Under the pieces are notes generated by a model. It ran no database searches and was not told where the DNA came from. It saw only the letters and a list, made by a program, of their open reading frames with translations. Source: Chthonomonas sp. (GTDB lineage: Bacteria; Armatimonadota; Fimbriimonadia; Fimbriimonadales; Fimbriimonadaceae). Taken from it: a DNA stretch of 64,000 nucleotides. Where the stretch lies: contig BTVX01000015.1 in assembly GCA_045862995.1 (NCBI GenBank), positions 17,259 to 81,258 of the forward strand, read 5' to 3'. Made by a program: the position numbers and the translations under genes. Below are positions 44,215-52,330 of this stretch, piece by piece (position 1 is the stretch's first letter; each line of letters starts with the position of its first letter).

Positions 44215-44934
44215 TTGCCTGCGCTCCGGATCCTCCACACCAACGACTTCCACGGCAAGCTGAACGAGCGGCGTTTCGGCTTGCTGAAGCCCCTCCGCGA
44301 AGAAGCCGACCTCTACTTCGATTGCGGCGACGCCATCAAGTGCGGCAACCTCGCCATCCCGGTCTCGCCCGACCCTGCGTGGGCACACCTCCAGGCGCTC
44401 GACTGTACGGCCAGCGTGCCCGGCAACCGCGAATCGCACCCGTTGGCCGTGGGCATGAGGGCCAAGTTCGCCGGCGCCTCGCACCCCATCCTCTGCGCCA
44501 ACTGGTTCGACAAATCGGGCGTGTCCGTCTTCGAGCCGTTCCGGTGCTTCGAGGTCCGTGGTGTGCGCGTGGGGGTGTTCGGCGTGATGGTGCCCATCGC
44601 CACGCGCCGCATGACGCTCTATCCGGCCAGCCAGTACGAGTGGACCCAACCGATCGAGGCGGCCCGCGAAGTCGCTGCGGCGCTCCGCCCTGAGTGCGAC
44701 CTGCTCATCGCCCTCACCCACATCGGGCTGCCCCAGGACCGTCGGCTGGCCGAGGCGTGCCCCGAACTCGACCTGATCCTCGGCGGCCACTCGCACGACG
44801 TGCTGGAATCCCCCGAGGTGATCGGCCGAGTCTCGATCTGCCAGACCGGCTCGCACGGGCGGTTCGTCGGCAAGATCAAGGCCGTGCGCTCATCGAGCGG
44901 CTGGTCCGTCCAGAACCGCCTCCTGCCGCTCTAA
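44215..44934 (+). CDS. Metallophosphoesterase (5'-nucleotidase N-terminal-like)
   Basis: TTG start. ILHTNDFHG, ..DCGDA.., ..GNRE.., ..LTHIG.., ..GGHSHD.. are calcineurin-like phosphoesterase motifs. Confidence 0.8.
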   Translation: MPALRILHTNDFHGKLNERRFGLLKPLREEADLYFDCGDAIKCGNLAIPVSPDPAWAHLQALDCTASVPGNRESHPLAVGMRAKFAGASHPILCANWFDKSGVSVFEPFRCFEVRGVRVGVFGVMVPIATRRMTLYPASQYEWTQPIEAAREVAAALRPECDLLIALTHIGLPQDRRLAEACPELDLILGGHSHDVLESPEVIGRVSICQTGSHGRFVGKIKAVRSSSGWSVQNRLLPL

Positions 44935-44938
44935 GGGC

Positions 44939-45373
44939 TCAGCCGTCTTTGTCTGTTGAGCAAATACGGCTCGCCAAGTGCCACCCGAGCACACTGACCA
45001 GTCCGATATGAAACACGAGGTCCAAGCCAAAGCGGAGCAGATTGCGCAGGAATGTCAGTGGCTCTGCCCGGCTGGCCACCATGGCAATGAGCATGATGGC
45101 GATGTAGGGACCGGCGATCCAAGCCGTCACATAGAGCGGTGCTCGGGTTGGGTGTTTCTTCGCCAAGAAGCCGACGAACAGGCACACGAAGAAGAGCACG
45201 CTCGAAAGAGCGAGAGCGTCCGCACTCGGCCACCAAGTTCGATAGCCTCCTCGATCGTCAAGACCGATCTTGTGTTGAACGAACAGCGTGGCGAACCGCA
45301 ATCCGACGAACAGTGCTGGTGAGATGGCAGCGAAGGCGAAGGGGAACCATGCGTTCCTAGCGGTTGTGTTCAT
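44939..45373 (-). CDS. Hypothetical 4-TM membrane protein
   Basis: ORF 44939..45418, trimmed to MNTTARNAWFPFAFAAISPALFV.., 13 nt after the upstream stop. Lower-GC codon usage. Confidence 0.55.
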   Translation of the reverse strand: MNTTARNAWFPFAFAAISPALFVGLRFATLFVQHKIGLDDRGGYRTWWPSADALALSSVLFFVCLFVGFLAKKHPTRAPLYVTAWIAGPYIAIMLIAMVASRAEPLTFLRNLLRFGLDLVFHIGLVSVLGWHLASRICSTDKDG

Positions 45374-45386
45374 CGGTTCAAGGTCC

Positions 45387-46046
45387 CTACCATGAATCGC
45401 GGTCCACAAACATCGCACTCACGCTGTGGGCGTACTGCTCCTCTCCTTCCACCTTGATCCAATGCCACAGAAACTCTCTTGACACGACCGAGCCATCATT
45501 ACAGAGGCGGAGATACCGGCCCTTAAAGAACTCAAGCTGATGGTCGAAGGGTTTCCCATGAGCAGGACTGATCAGCCACCCTGAGAACCTGTCCCCATCT
45601 CTCGGGGCCAGCATTCCATCGGAAGGACCGTAATCACCTCTGCTGATGAAGCTGACGCGAAAACTGGCAGGTGCCGGGATGCGGGTGACACGACTGGGAT
45701 TGGACCCCCTGCGGTACTCGCGGAAGGAGTTCGAATAGCCCGCTCGGTTGGGGTCTGCGAGGCCGGAAACCAATGCCGCGTCGACATGCTTGGTCGCGAC
45801 CAAGTGATCCACCAACAAGTTCCGCATTGGCCCCGAATCCTCCTCGTAGAGGGCCCGCGCCATGCCGATTTGCCTGAGAGCGTTCGTGTCCGATGCGACC
45901 TTCGCGGAAAGAACTCCGCTACGATAGGTACCGAAGCCGATGGCAGCGAGGACCATGATGACACCAAGGACGACGAGCACCTCGACCAAGGTGAAGCCGC
46001 GGGATTGTCTCCGGTGGCCGGTGTTGGGAAGGCGACGCGGGTTCAT
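45387..46046 (-). CDS. Prepilin-type N-terminal cleavage/methylation domain protein (pseudopilin-like)
   Basis: ..RQSRGFTLVEVLVVLGVIMVLAAIGFGTY is the class III signal. The 180-aa C-terminal domain has no recognised family. Confidence 0.8.
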   Translation of the reverse strand: MNPRRLPNTGHRRQSRGFTLVEVLVVLGVIMVLAAIGFGTYRSGVLSAKVASDTNALRQIGMARALYEEDSGPMRNLLVDHLVATKHVDAALVSGLADPNRAGYSNSFREYRRGSNPSRVTRIPAPASFRVSFISRGDYGPSDGMLAPRDGDRFSGWLISPAHGKPFDHQLEFFKGRYLRLCNDGSVVSREFLWHWIKVEGEEQYAHSVSAMFVDRDSW

Positions 46047-46054
46047 CTTCCGAG

Positions 46055-46387
46055 TTACGAACCCCCAGCCGGGTCGTCACACGTGGTCGTTGGGCATGGA
46101 GGGTAGCTCTGGACCACGCCCGATCCGCAACACCCCGTATCGTTCCAAGCTGTACATTGATACACTGCACCATTCGTGTACCAATCCACGTAGACGTGAC
46201 GACTCCTGAGGCAGTCGTGATTGAACCAGTTGCACCAGTTGCCTCCGTTTACCGCAACGTGGTCGAGGCAAGCGTTCTGGTTCCAGTCGTCGTCGGCGAT
46301 CTTCGGAGTCTCGCAGAGCGGTACGGGCTGGCAAAGCGCGATGGAAGCCGCAGCAAGGACGAGGGCCATGAGCAAGCGTTGAACCAT
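46055..46387 (-). CDS. Small secreted cysteine-rich protein (10 Cys, Trp/Asn-rich)
   Basis: 110 aa with signal MVQRLLMALVLAAASIA. The mature part is ..CETPKIADDDWNQNACLDHVAVNGGNWCNWFNHDCL..QCTAWNDTGCCGSG..PCPTTTCDD. It ends 8 nt upstream of the pseudopilin gene. Confidence 0.6.
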   Translation of the reverse strand: MVQRLLMALVLAAASIALCQPVPLCETPKIADDDWNQNACLDHVAVNGGNWCNWFNHDCLRSRHVYVDWYTNGAVYQCTAWNDTGCCGSGVVQSYPPCPTTTCDDPAGGS

Positions 46388-46544
46388 ACATAGACTGTAT
46401 CACAAGTTGAGCAATTCTGAGCCCCCCCCCGTAAATTCATGTGAAATTCAGGTTGTGTAAGCATTGGTCCCATTGGGTCATAGGGCACAAGGCAGTTCGC
46501 CCATCGAACGGCTCCTGCCGCTCTAGCGCCACAATAGAAGCGCC

Positions 46545-47009
46545 ATGCCCGGCGAAACGCCCGTGCGTTACCCCAAGCCCAAACCCGACTTCGGCATCGT
46601 GGCCGAAGCCACGCGCCGTTCGATGGTGGGCAACAAGGGCAAGAACACCTCGCTGGAGACCGACTTCCGCCGTGCGCTCCGAGAGCAAGGGTTGCTCGGC
46701 TATCGCATCCATGCCCGACGCATCCCGGGCAAGCCAGACGTCTCCTGGGCGGGCCGCAAGGTGGCCGTGTTCCTACACGGGTGCTTCTGGCACGGTTGCC
46801 CCCACTGCGGCCGCTACCGGCTACCCAAACACAACCGCGAGTACTGGCAAGCCAAGATCGAAACCAACCGAGACCGTCATGCCCGCGTCGAATCCGAACT
46901 GACCGCCTTGGGCTTTCGGGTGCTGGTGTTCTGGGAGTGCCAGATCAAGGCGGATATGGCGGCATGCGTCGGCCAAGTGCGCGAGGCGCTCGCTCAGTCC
47001 TCGGCGTAA
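46545..47009 (+). CDS. vsr: Very short patch repair endonuclease
   Basis: ..NKGKNTSLETDFRRAL...G..YR.....PGKPDV......VAVFLHGCFWHGC..C......N..YW..KI..N..RD are the canonical Vsr motifs. Confidence 0.9.
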   Translation: MPGETPVRYPKPKPDFGIVAEATRRSMVGNKGKNTSLETDFRRALREQGLLGYRIHARRIPGKPDVSWAGRKVAVFLHGCFWHGCPHCGRYRLPKHNREYWQAKIETNRDRHARVESELTALGFRVLVFWECQIKADMAACVGQVREALAQSSA

Positions 47010-48160
47010 GGCGCGCAGAGCGGATCGCCCAGCACGATGTCCTTCCACTTGATGACCGGCGAGGCGCAGTAGAAGCTCTCGGCGAGGTTGAAACCTCGCG
47101 TATAGCGGTCGAACAAGACGTCTGGACGGCAGAGCGCGAACGTGAACGGCTCGCTGACATACCCCTTCACGCCAGTGGCGCCGCCGCTCACGATGTCGGC
47201 GATCAGGCTTTGGTCGCCCCACGGAGGCTTGCGGAACGTGCGCCCGCTGGTCGAAACGTACGTCTCGACGATGGCCCCCGGCTGGAACCTCATGCCGGCG
47301 TAGGCCGTCGGGTTGAACTTGCCGTCGTTGCTACCCCATGTCACGTATCCCGCCAGCGGAGTGTTGGACTCGGCAAACGTGGACGACGTGTCGAGGACGA
47401 CTTCGAAGCCGCGTTCGTCGAGCATCTGTGCCGCGCGGCGCATGGCCTTCTGCAGTTCGCCATAGCCGCCCGTTTCGCGATTCTCGGCGAGATCGAACAG
47501 GAAGGGGCCGTCGCTGCGCTTGGCCGCCAGCGAGCGGTCCACGAGGGCGATGGCGTCCTCTCGCGTCCATCCATCCAGCCGCGTGACGAGCACCATGCCG
47601 AACTTCTTGGCCGAGAAACGTTCGGTCTTCCCAAAGTAGGGGTTGATGCTCCGCCGAATCTGCTCGACTTCGGGCGTCTTGATCGGCGGGTTGGGCAAAC
47701 GCATCGCGGCCAGGTGCCCGTCCACCGAGTAGCCACCCTCGTTCTCCAGCCGAAGGGGCACCCCCTTGGTCAGCACGACGTAGTCGATCGGCTCCCGCAT
47801 CGAATCCAGAAACCTGCGGACGGGGGCCTCGATCTGGTCTAGATACTCTTGGGTCGGGATGGTTTCGTCGTCGGTGCAATCGAGCGCCAGGGTCCGCGCT
47901 TTGGGAATCCCTCGGGCCTTGCTGTAGTGCGCGGCGATGGCGGCGCTGTCTTCGCTTCGTGCGTTGAAGACCACGGCCACGTTGGCGGCCTTAGGGTTGG
48001 CGTCGGCTTCGGCGACACCCACCTGCATTTGCACCAAACCCCCGGGAGGCTCTTTGGGGGGTGGCGCGCACCCACCGATCAGAACGGCAAGGCCGAGAGC
48101 AACCCACGCGCTAGCGCCAACTCGTGAACGACGTATGGCGTCTGGCGCGGACCACTGCAT
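46994..48160 (-). CDS. TIGR03790-family lipoprotein
   Basis: ORF 46994..48211, start at MQWSAPD.. with lipobox LIGGC. Contains ..LVTRLDGWTRED.., ..GYVTWGSND.., ..GATGVKGYVSEPF.., ..IVLGDPLCAPY. The family assignment is from memory. Confidence 0.65.
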   Translation of the reverse strand: MQWSAPDAIRRSRVGASAWVALGLAVLIGGCAPPPKEPPGGLVQMQVGVAEADANPKAANVAVVFNARSEDSAAIAAHYSKARGIPKARTLALDCTDDETIPTQEYLDQIEAPVRRFLDSMREPIDYVVLTKGVPLRLENEGGYSVDGHLAAMRLPNPPIKTPEVEQIRRSINPYFGKTERFSAKKFGMVLVTRLDGWTREDAIALVDRSLAAKRSDGPFLFDLAENRETGGYGELQKAMRRAAQMLDERGFEVVLDTSSTFAESNTPLAGYVTWGSNDGKFNPTAYAGMRFQPGAIVETYVSTSGRTFRKPPWGDQSLIADIVSGGATGVKGYVSEPFTFALCRPDVLFDRYTRGFNLAESFYCASPVIKWKDIVLGDPLCAPYAED

Positions 48161-48767
48161 GGGCCATCTCTTTGTACATCTTGGCTCGGGCCGCTGTGCC
48201 ACGCACCACACCCAACTTGGATTCTTTGTGCGTGTTGCCGACTCCTTGCAGGTACACGCGCAACACCTTGGCGCCGACTTGCTTGGCGTAGGCGTTGAGC
48301 GCGACTTCGGCGCCCATGCGCTCGCGGTCGAGGTGGGGGACGCTTTCGAAGAAGGCCCGCGTCATCGCCCGCTGACCCGTGAAGAACGGGAACATGGCCT
48401 GCGCGTTGGAACTCCAGAAGCCGCCACCCTTGAGCACGCCCAGCGACATCGTGCAACGGCCCGTGCGAACCGGAGCGATCAGTTGCTTCAGGTGGTCGGG
48501 CCGGAAGCCGACGAGATCGGCATCCAAAAACACGAGGATCGAACCCGAACAAGAGCGGGCGCCAGCGACCATCGCTGCGCCTTTGCCCTGATTCGAGCTC
48601 AACCTCACCACACGAGCGCCGGCGGCGCGGGCGGCAGAGGCCGTCCCGTCCGTACTTCCGTCGTCCACCACGATGATCTCGTCCGCAAGCCCACTGGACA
48701 TCGCGGCACGGACCACCGACACGACCCGGCTCTCTTCGTTGAAGGCGGGGATGATGACTGAGACCAT
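48111..48767 (-). CDS. Family 2 glycosyltransferase
   Basis: VSVIIPAFNEE, ..IIVVDDGSTDGT.., ..NQGKGAA.., ..LVFLDADL.. (the DxD). Confidence 0.88.
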   Translation of the reverse strand: MVSVIIPAFNEESRVVSVVRAAMSSGLADEIIVVDDGSTDGTASAARAAGARVVRLSSNQGKGAAMVAGARSCSGSILVFLDADLVGFRPDHLKQLIAPVRTGRCTMSLGVLKGGGFWSSNAQAMFPFFTGQRAMTRAFFESVPHLDRERMGAEVALNAYAKQVGAKVLRVYLQGVGNTHKESKLGVVRGTAARAKMYKEMAHAVVRARRHTSFTSWR

Positions 48768-48835
48768 GGGGGAACGCTGTTACTAGGATACGCCATTCGC
48801 GGTCATGCGTTGACCCTTTATGGGGACAGAAGGCG

Positions 48836-48841
48836 CATAAT
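48836..48841 (+). promoter_or_regulatory. -10 box CATAAT 6 nt before the GTG start of tsaE: candidate leaderless promoter
   Basis: ggcgCATAATctgcgcGTG. There is no SD between the box and the start codon at 48848. Confidence 0.3.
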
Positions 48842-48847
48842 CTGCGC

Positions 48848-49282
48848 GTGATCGCCGGGCGACCCACCGCTCCGTTCCACCGCCGCACGCTCAGCGAGGC
48901 CGAAACGCGGGCCGCTGCGGGGGAGTTGGTCCAATGGCTGGCGGCGGGCGACGTCGTGTTGCTCGAGGGCCCGCTGGGAGTCGGCAAGACCGCGTGGGTG
49001 CGCGGGGCGCTGGAAGCGCTCGGCCACCAAGGGCCGGTGCGCTCCCCCACGTTCAACCTGGTGCAAGTGTTCGAGACGAACCCGAGGGTGGCGCACACCG
49101 ACCTCTACCGCGTCGCCTCTTCCGAGGGCTTGGGTCTGGACGAACTCATGGCCGACCATCTGCTGCTGGTCGAGTGGCCCGACCGCTTCACCGAGTTGCC
49201 CGCAAACGAGTGCTGGCGCGTGACGCTCGCGTTCGAGGACGAAGCCCGCGCGATCACCGTCCAGCCTCCCGAGATTCGCTGA
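48848..49282 (+). CDS. tsaE: tRNA t6A37 biosynthesis ATPase TsaE
   Basis: ..VVLLEGPLGVGKTAWVRG.., ..SPTFNLV.., ..HTDLYR.., ..VEWP.. are the YjeE/TsaE motifs. Confidence 0.85.
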   Translation: MIAGRPTAPFHRRTLSEAETRAAAGELVQWLAAGDVVLLEGPLGVGKTAWVRGALEALGHQGPVRSPTFNLVQVFETNPRVAHTDLYRVASSEGLGLDELMADHLLLVEWPDRFTELPANECWRVTLAFEDEARAITVQPPEIR

Positions 49283-49302
49283 AGAGGATATGCTTTCTGG
49301 CG

Positions 49303-50667
49303 ATGAGTGTACGCAGCCTGCCGCTTCTCTTTGTTCTGGCCTGGGCCGGATCGGCGTTCGCGCAAGACCACCCGCTGCTGAGTGCCGGGCCGATGAACGC
49401 CTACGCCGAGATGACCGAGGTGGGGGTGTGGGTCCAGACCAAAGCCGACGCCAGCGTACGGCTGCGCTACTGGCCGCAAGGCGCGGCGAGCCCCGCCAAG
49501 GCCGCCACCCAAACGATCCAGACCTCCGCAGTCGGCGACCACATCGCCGTGTTCACCATCGCGGGTCTTCCGTTCGGCACGAAGTTCGATTACGAGGTCG
49601 AAATCAACGGACAACTGGTGCCCCGCCCTTATCCCCTTAGATTCCAAACACAGCCGCTCTGGCGTTGGCAGAGCGAGCCGCCCGAGTTCCGCGTCGCGTT
49701 CGGCTCGTGCGCCTACTTCAACGATGCGCCCTTCGATCGTCCGGGCCGCCCGTACGGTGGCGACCACGAGATCTTCGACGCCTTGGCCAAGAAGCAGCCC
49801 GACTTGATGCTGTGGCTCGGCGACAACGTGTACTACCGGGAGGCGGATTGGCTGACCGAATCGGCCATGCGTTACCGATGGCGGCACAACCGCGCGTTCC
49901 CCGGCCTGCAACCCCTTCTTGGTTTCGCCCAGCACTATGCGACGTGGGACGACCACGACTACGGCCCCAACGATTCCGACCGCTCGTTTCGCTTGAAAGG
50001 AGAGGCGTTGCGTGTGTTCGCCGACTACTTCCCGGCCGTCCGCTACGGCACGCCGGAGACCCCCGGCACGTTCCAGCGGTTCGAGTGGGGCGACGTCGAG
50101 TTCTTCATGCTCGACGACCGCTACCACCGAACGCCGAACCGAATGCCCGTGGACGACGAACGCACGATGCTCGGCAAGGCGCAACTCCAATGGCTAAAGG
50201 ACAGCCTGGTCAACAGCCAAGCCGTCTTCAAAGTCGTGGTGTGCGGCGGGCAGATGCTCAACCCGATCACCCTCTATGAAGGCTTCGGACAGTTCGAGGC
50301 CGAGCGCAAGGACCTGTTCGACTTCCTGGCCAAGGCCAACATCTCGGGGTTGCTGTTCCTTTCGGGCGACCGGCACATCGGCGAGTTGATCAAGGTGCGA
50401 TGGCCCGGCGCGGCATACGATTGGTACGATTTCACGTCGAGTCCGCTCTCGGCGGGCGCGGGCCGCGATGCGCGGGAAGAGAACAACCCGGCACGCGTCC
50501 CCGGCACGTGGGTCACCCAGAAACGCAACTTCGGCATCATCGACGTGACGGGAAAGAAGGGTTCGCGCCGGTTGGTGCTCACTGCACACGACAAGGACGG
50601 CGTCGAACTCTGGAAGCACGAGTTGGGCGAGGCCGATCTGCGCCGCCCGGCGGCGGGGTCTCGATGA
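49303..50667 (+). CDS. PhoD-family alkaline phosphatase (secreted)
   Basis: Internal ATG of ORF 48934..50667 with signal MSVRSLPLLFVLAWAGSAFA. Contains ..FGSCAY.., ..LWLGDNVY.., ..ATWDDHDYG.., ..FLSGDRH... Confidence 0.82.
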   Translation: MSVRSLPLLFVLAWAGSAFAQDHPLLSAGPMNAYAEMTEVGVWVQTKADASVRLRYWPQGAASPAKAATQTIQTSAVGDHIAVFTIAGLPFGTKFDYEVEINGQLVPRPYPLRFQTQPLWRWQSEPPEFRVAFGSCAYFNDAPFDRPGRPYGGDHEIFDALAKKQPDLMLWLGDNVYYREADWLTESAMRYRWRHNRAFPGLQPLLGFAQHYATWDDHDYGPNDSDRSFRLKGEALRVFADYFPAVRYGTPETPGTFQRFEWGDVEFFMLDDRYHRTPNRMPVDDERTMLGKAQLQWLKDSLVNSQAVFKVVVCGGQMLNPITLYEGFGQFEAERKDLFDFLAKANISGLLFLSGDRHIGELIKVRWPGAAYDWYDFTSSPLSAGAGRDAREENNPARVPGTWVTQKRNFGIIDVTGKKGSRRLVLTAHDKDGVELWKHELGEADLRRPAAGSR

Positions 50668-51212
50668 CGGCGAACGCGTTCCTCCACCATTGCTTGGGCG
50701 ACTTCAAATCGCTTCGCGATCGTGCCATGGGGCTTGCCGAGAGCCTCGGCCCGGAGCAGTTGCAGTGGCGTCCCGACCCAAAGCGCTGGTCGGCGGGCCA
50801 GATTTGCGATCATCTGATCGTAAGCGGTCAGCCGTACGAAGCCAAGATAGCGCCCTACATCACGGGCCCGCTTGCCAAGCCGGGAACGGAGTTCGCCATG
50901 TCGTTCATGGGCAAACTGATCGCCCGCGCGGCCGGCCCGAACAGCAACGCTCCGGTGCCGCCGGTGTTCATGCCCCGCCAGGGGCCCACGCCTCCCGACA
51001 TCGCCCACCAGTTGGTGGCCCACCTCGACCGCATGATCGTCTTGACCGAAGCCGCCATGGGCAAGGACCTCGGGGCGAAGGTCTCGAGTCCGGCGAGTCG
51101 GTTGGTCAAGTTGAGCGTGGGCGACGTGTTCCGCGTGACGGCGGAGCACAACCTGCGCCACATCGGGCAGATCGAGGACTTGGTGTTGACGCCCGGGTTC
51201 CCCTCCAAGTGA
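50664..51212 (+). CDS. DinB-family protein
   Basis: ATGA-coupled ATG inside ORF 50400..51212, MTANAFLHHCLGDF..W..GQICDHL...TAEHNLRHIGQI. Confidence 0.7.
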   Translation: MTANAFLHHCLGDFKSLRDRAMGLAESLGPEQLQWRPDPKRWSAGQICDHLIVSGQPYEAKIAPYITGPLAKPGTEFAMSFMGKLIARAAGPNSNAPVPPVFMPRQGPTPPDIAHQLVAHLDRMIVLTEAAMGKDLGAKVSSPASRLVKLSVGDVFRVTAEHNLRHIGQIEDLVLTPGFPSK

Positions 51213-52009
51213 CCGTCGGCGAGTGGGTTCGGTTGGCAGCGGCCCGGCTCGAACGGGCCGGAATCGAGGCCGCGCGGCTGGAGGCCCAGTTGCTGGCCGC
51301 ACACGTCGAGTTGCGGGACCGCTCGTGGGTGCTCGCCCACGCGGAGGCTCCGCTTGCCGAACACGCCGCCGAGGGGCTGTTGCAGCGTCGCGAATCGGGC
51401 GAGCCACTGGCTTACATTCTGGGCTGGCGGGAGTTTTACGGGCGTCGGTTCGCTGTGGATCGCCGCGTCCTGATCCCGCGCCACGAGACCGAGACGCTGG
51501 TCGAAGTTGCTTTGACCTTCCCAGGTGGTCGCGTGTTGGACTTGTGTTGTGGCTCGGGGTGCGTGGGATTGACATTGGCCTTGGAGCGGCCCGATTGGCA
51601 TGTGGTGCTCAGCGATGTTTCGCCCGACGCGTTGGCCGTGGCGGAGCGCAACCGGAGCGATCTTGGCGCGGGTGCGGCCTTGGTGTGTTGCGACTTGGTG
51701 GGGGGCCTGTCCGGACCCTTCGATCTGGTCGTCTCCAACCCTCCGTATGTGGCACGCGACGACACCTTGCCGCGCGAGGTGGCCGACTTCGAACCTGCTG
51801 TGGCCCTCTATGCGGAGGATGACGGGTTGAGCATCTACCGCCGAATGGCAGCTGAACTGCCGCGTGTGATGGCCCCCGAGGGCGTCTTGCTGACCGAGAT
51901 CGGGGATGGGATGGAACTTGCCGTCGCGGGTTGTTTTGAGGCGTGGCGGCGGCTGGGTTCCTGGCGCGATGCGCACCTAACGGCGCGGGTCATGGGCTTT
52001 GGGGTGTGA
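51209..52009 (+). CDS. prmC: Release-factor glutamine N5-methyltransferase
   Basis: GTGA-coupled GTG inside ORF 50690..52009. ..EPLAYILGWREFYGRRF.VD.RVLIPRHETE.., SAM motif VLDLCCGSGCVG, catalytic VSNPPY. Confidence 0.9.
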   Translation: MTVGEWVRLAAARLERAGIEAARLEAQLLAAHVELRDRSWVLAHAEAPLAEHAAEGLLQRRESGEPLAYILGWREFYGRRFAVDRRVLIPRHETETLVEVALTFPGGRVLDLCCGSGCVGLTLALERPDWHVVLSDVSPDALAVAERNRSDLGAGAALVCCDLVGGLSGPFDLVVSNPPYVARDDTLPREVADFEPAVALYAEDDGLSIYRRMAAELPRVMAPEGVLLTEIGDGMELAVAGCFEAWRRLGSWRDAHLTARVMGFGV

Positions 52010-52021
52010 ATCCGGGCGCGC

Positions 52022-52027
52022 TATACT
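52022..52027 (+). promoter_or_regulatory. -10 box TATACT 6 nt before the ATG at 52034: candidate leaderless promoter
   Basis: gcgcTATACTctcgccATG, located 12 nt after the prmC stop. No SD. Confidence 0.35.
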
Positions 52028-52033
52028 CTCGCC

Positions 52034-52330
52034 ATGAAACCGGACGAGATCAAGTCAGCCCTTTTGGAATGGAGGGAGACACAGCCCGAACCGATCGAGG
52101 ACTTCATCGTTCGTGTGGGCTTGAGCGCCTACGACGAGCCGGCTGTTTGGGTTTACGTCATCCTGCCGGATGAGTACGACGCGGAGTCACCAAGCAGGAT
52201 TCGGCACGAGCTGCTTGACTGGATGCCGAAATTGAAGTCAAGCGACCCTGACTTGGGTCCTCGGCCACTGAAGAACCACATGGTGTTCGTCCGCTTCTGG
52301 ACCGTTTCAGAAGTCGGAGACGCCGCGTGA
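52034..52330 (+). CDS. Hypothetical 98-aa protein, first gene of a two-gene cassette
   Basis: MKPDEIKSALLEWRETQPEPIEDFIVRVGLSAYDEPAVWVYVILPDEYD... ATGA-coupled to the next ORF. No family recognised, and no GS..D.D NTase motif. Confidence 0.55.
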   Translation: MKPDEIKSALLEWRETQPEPIEDFIVRVGLSAYDEPAVWVYVILPDEYDAESPSRIRHELLDWMPKLKSSDPDLGPRPLKNHMVFVRFWTVSEVGDAA

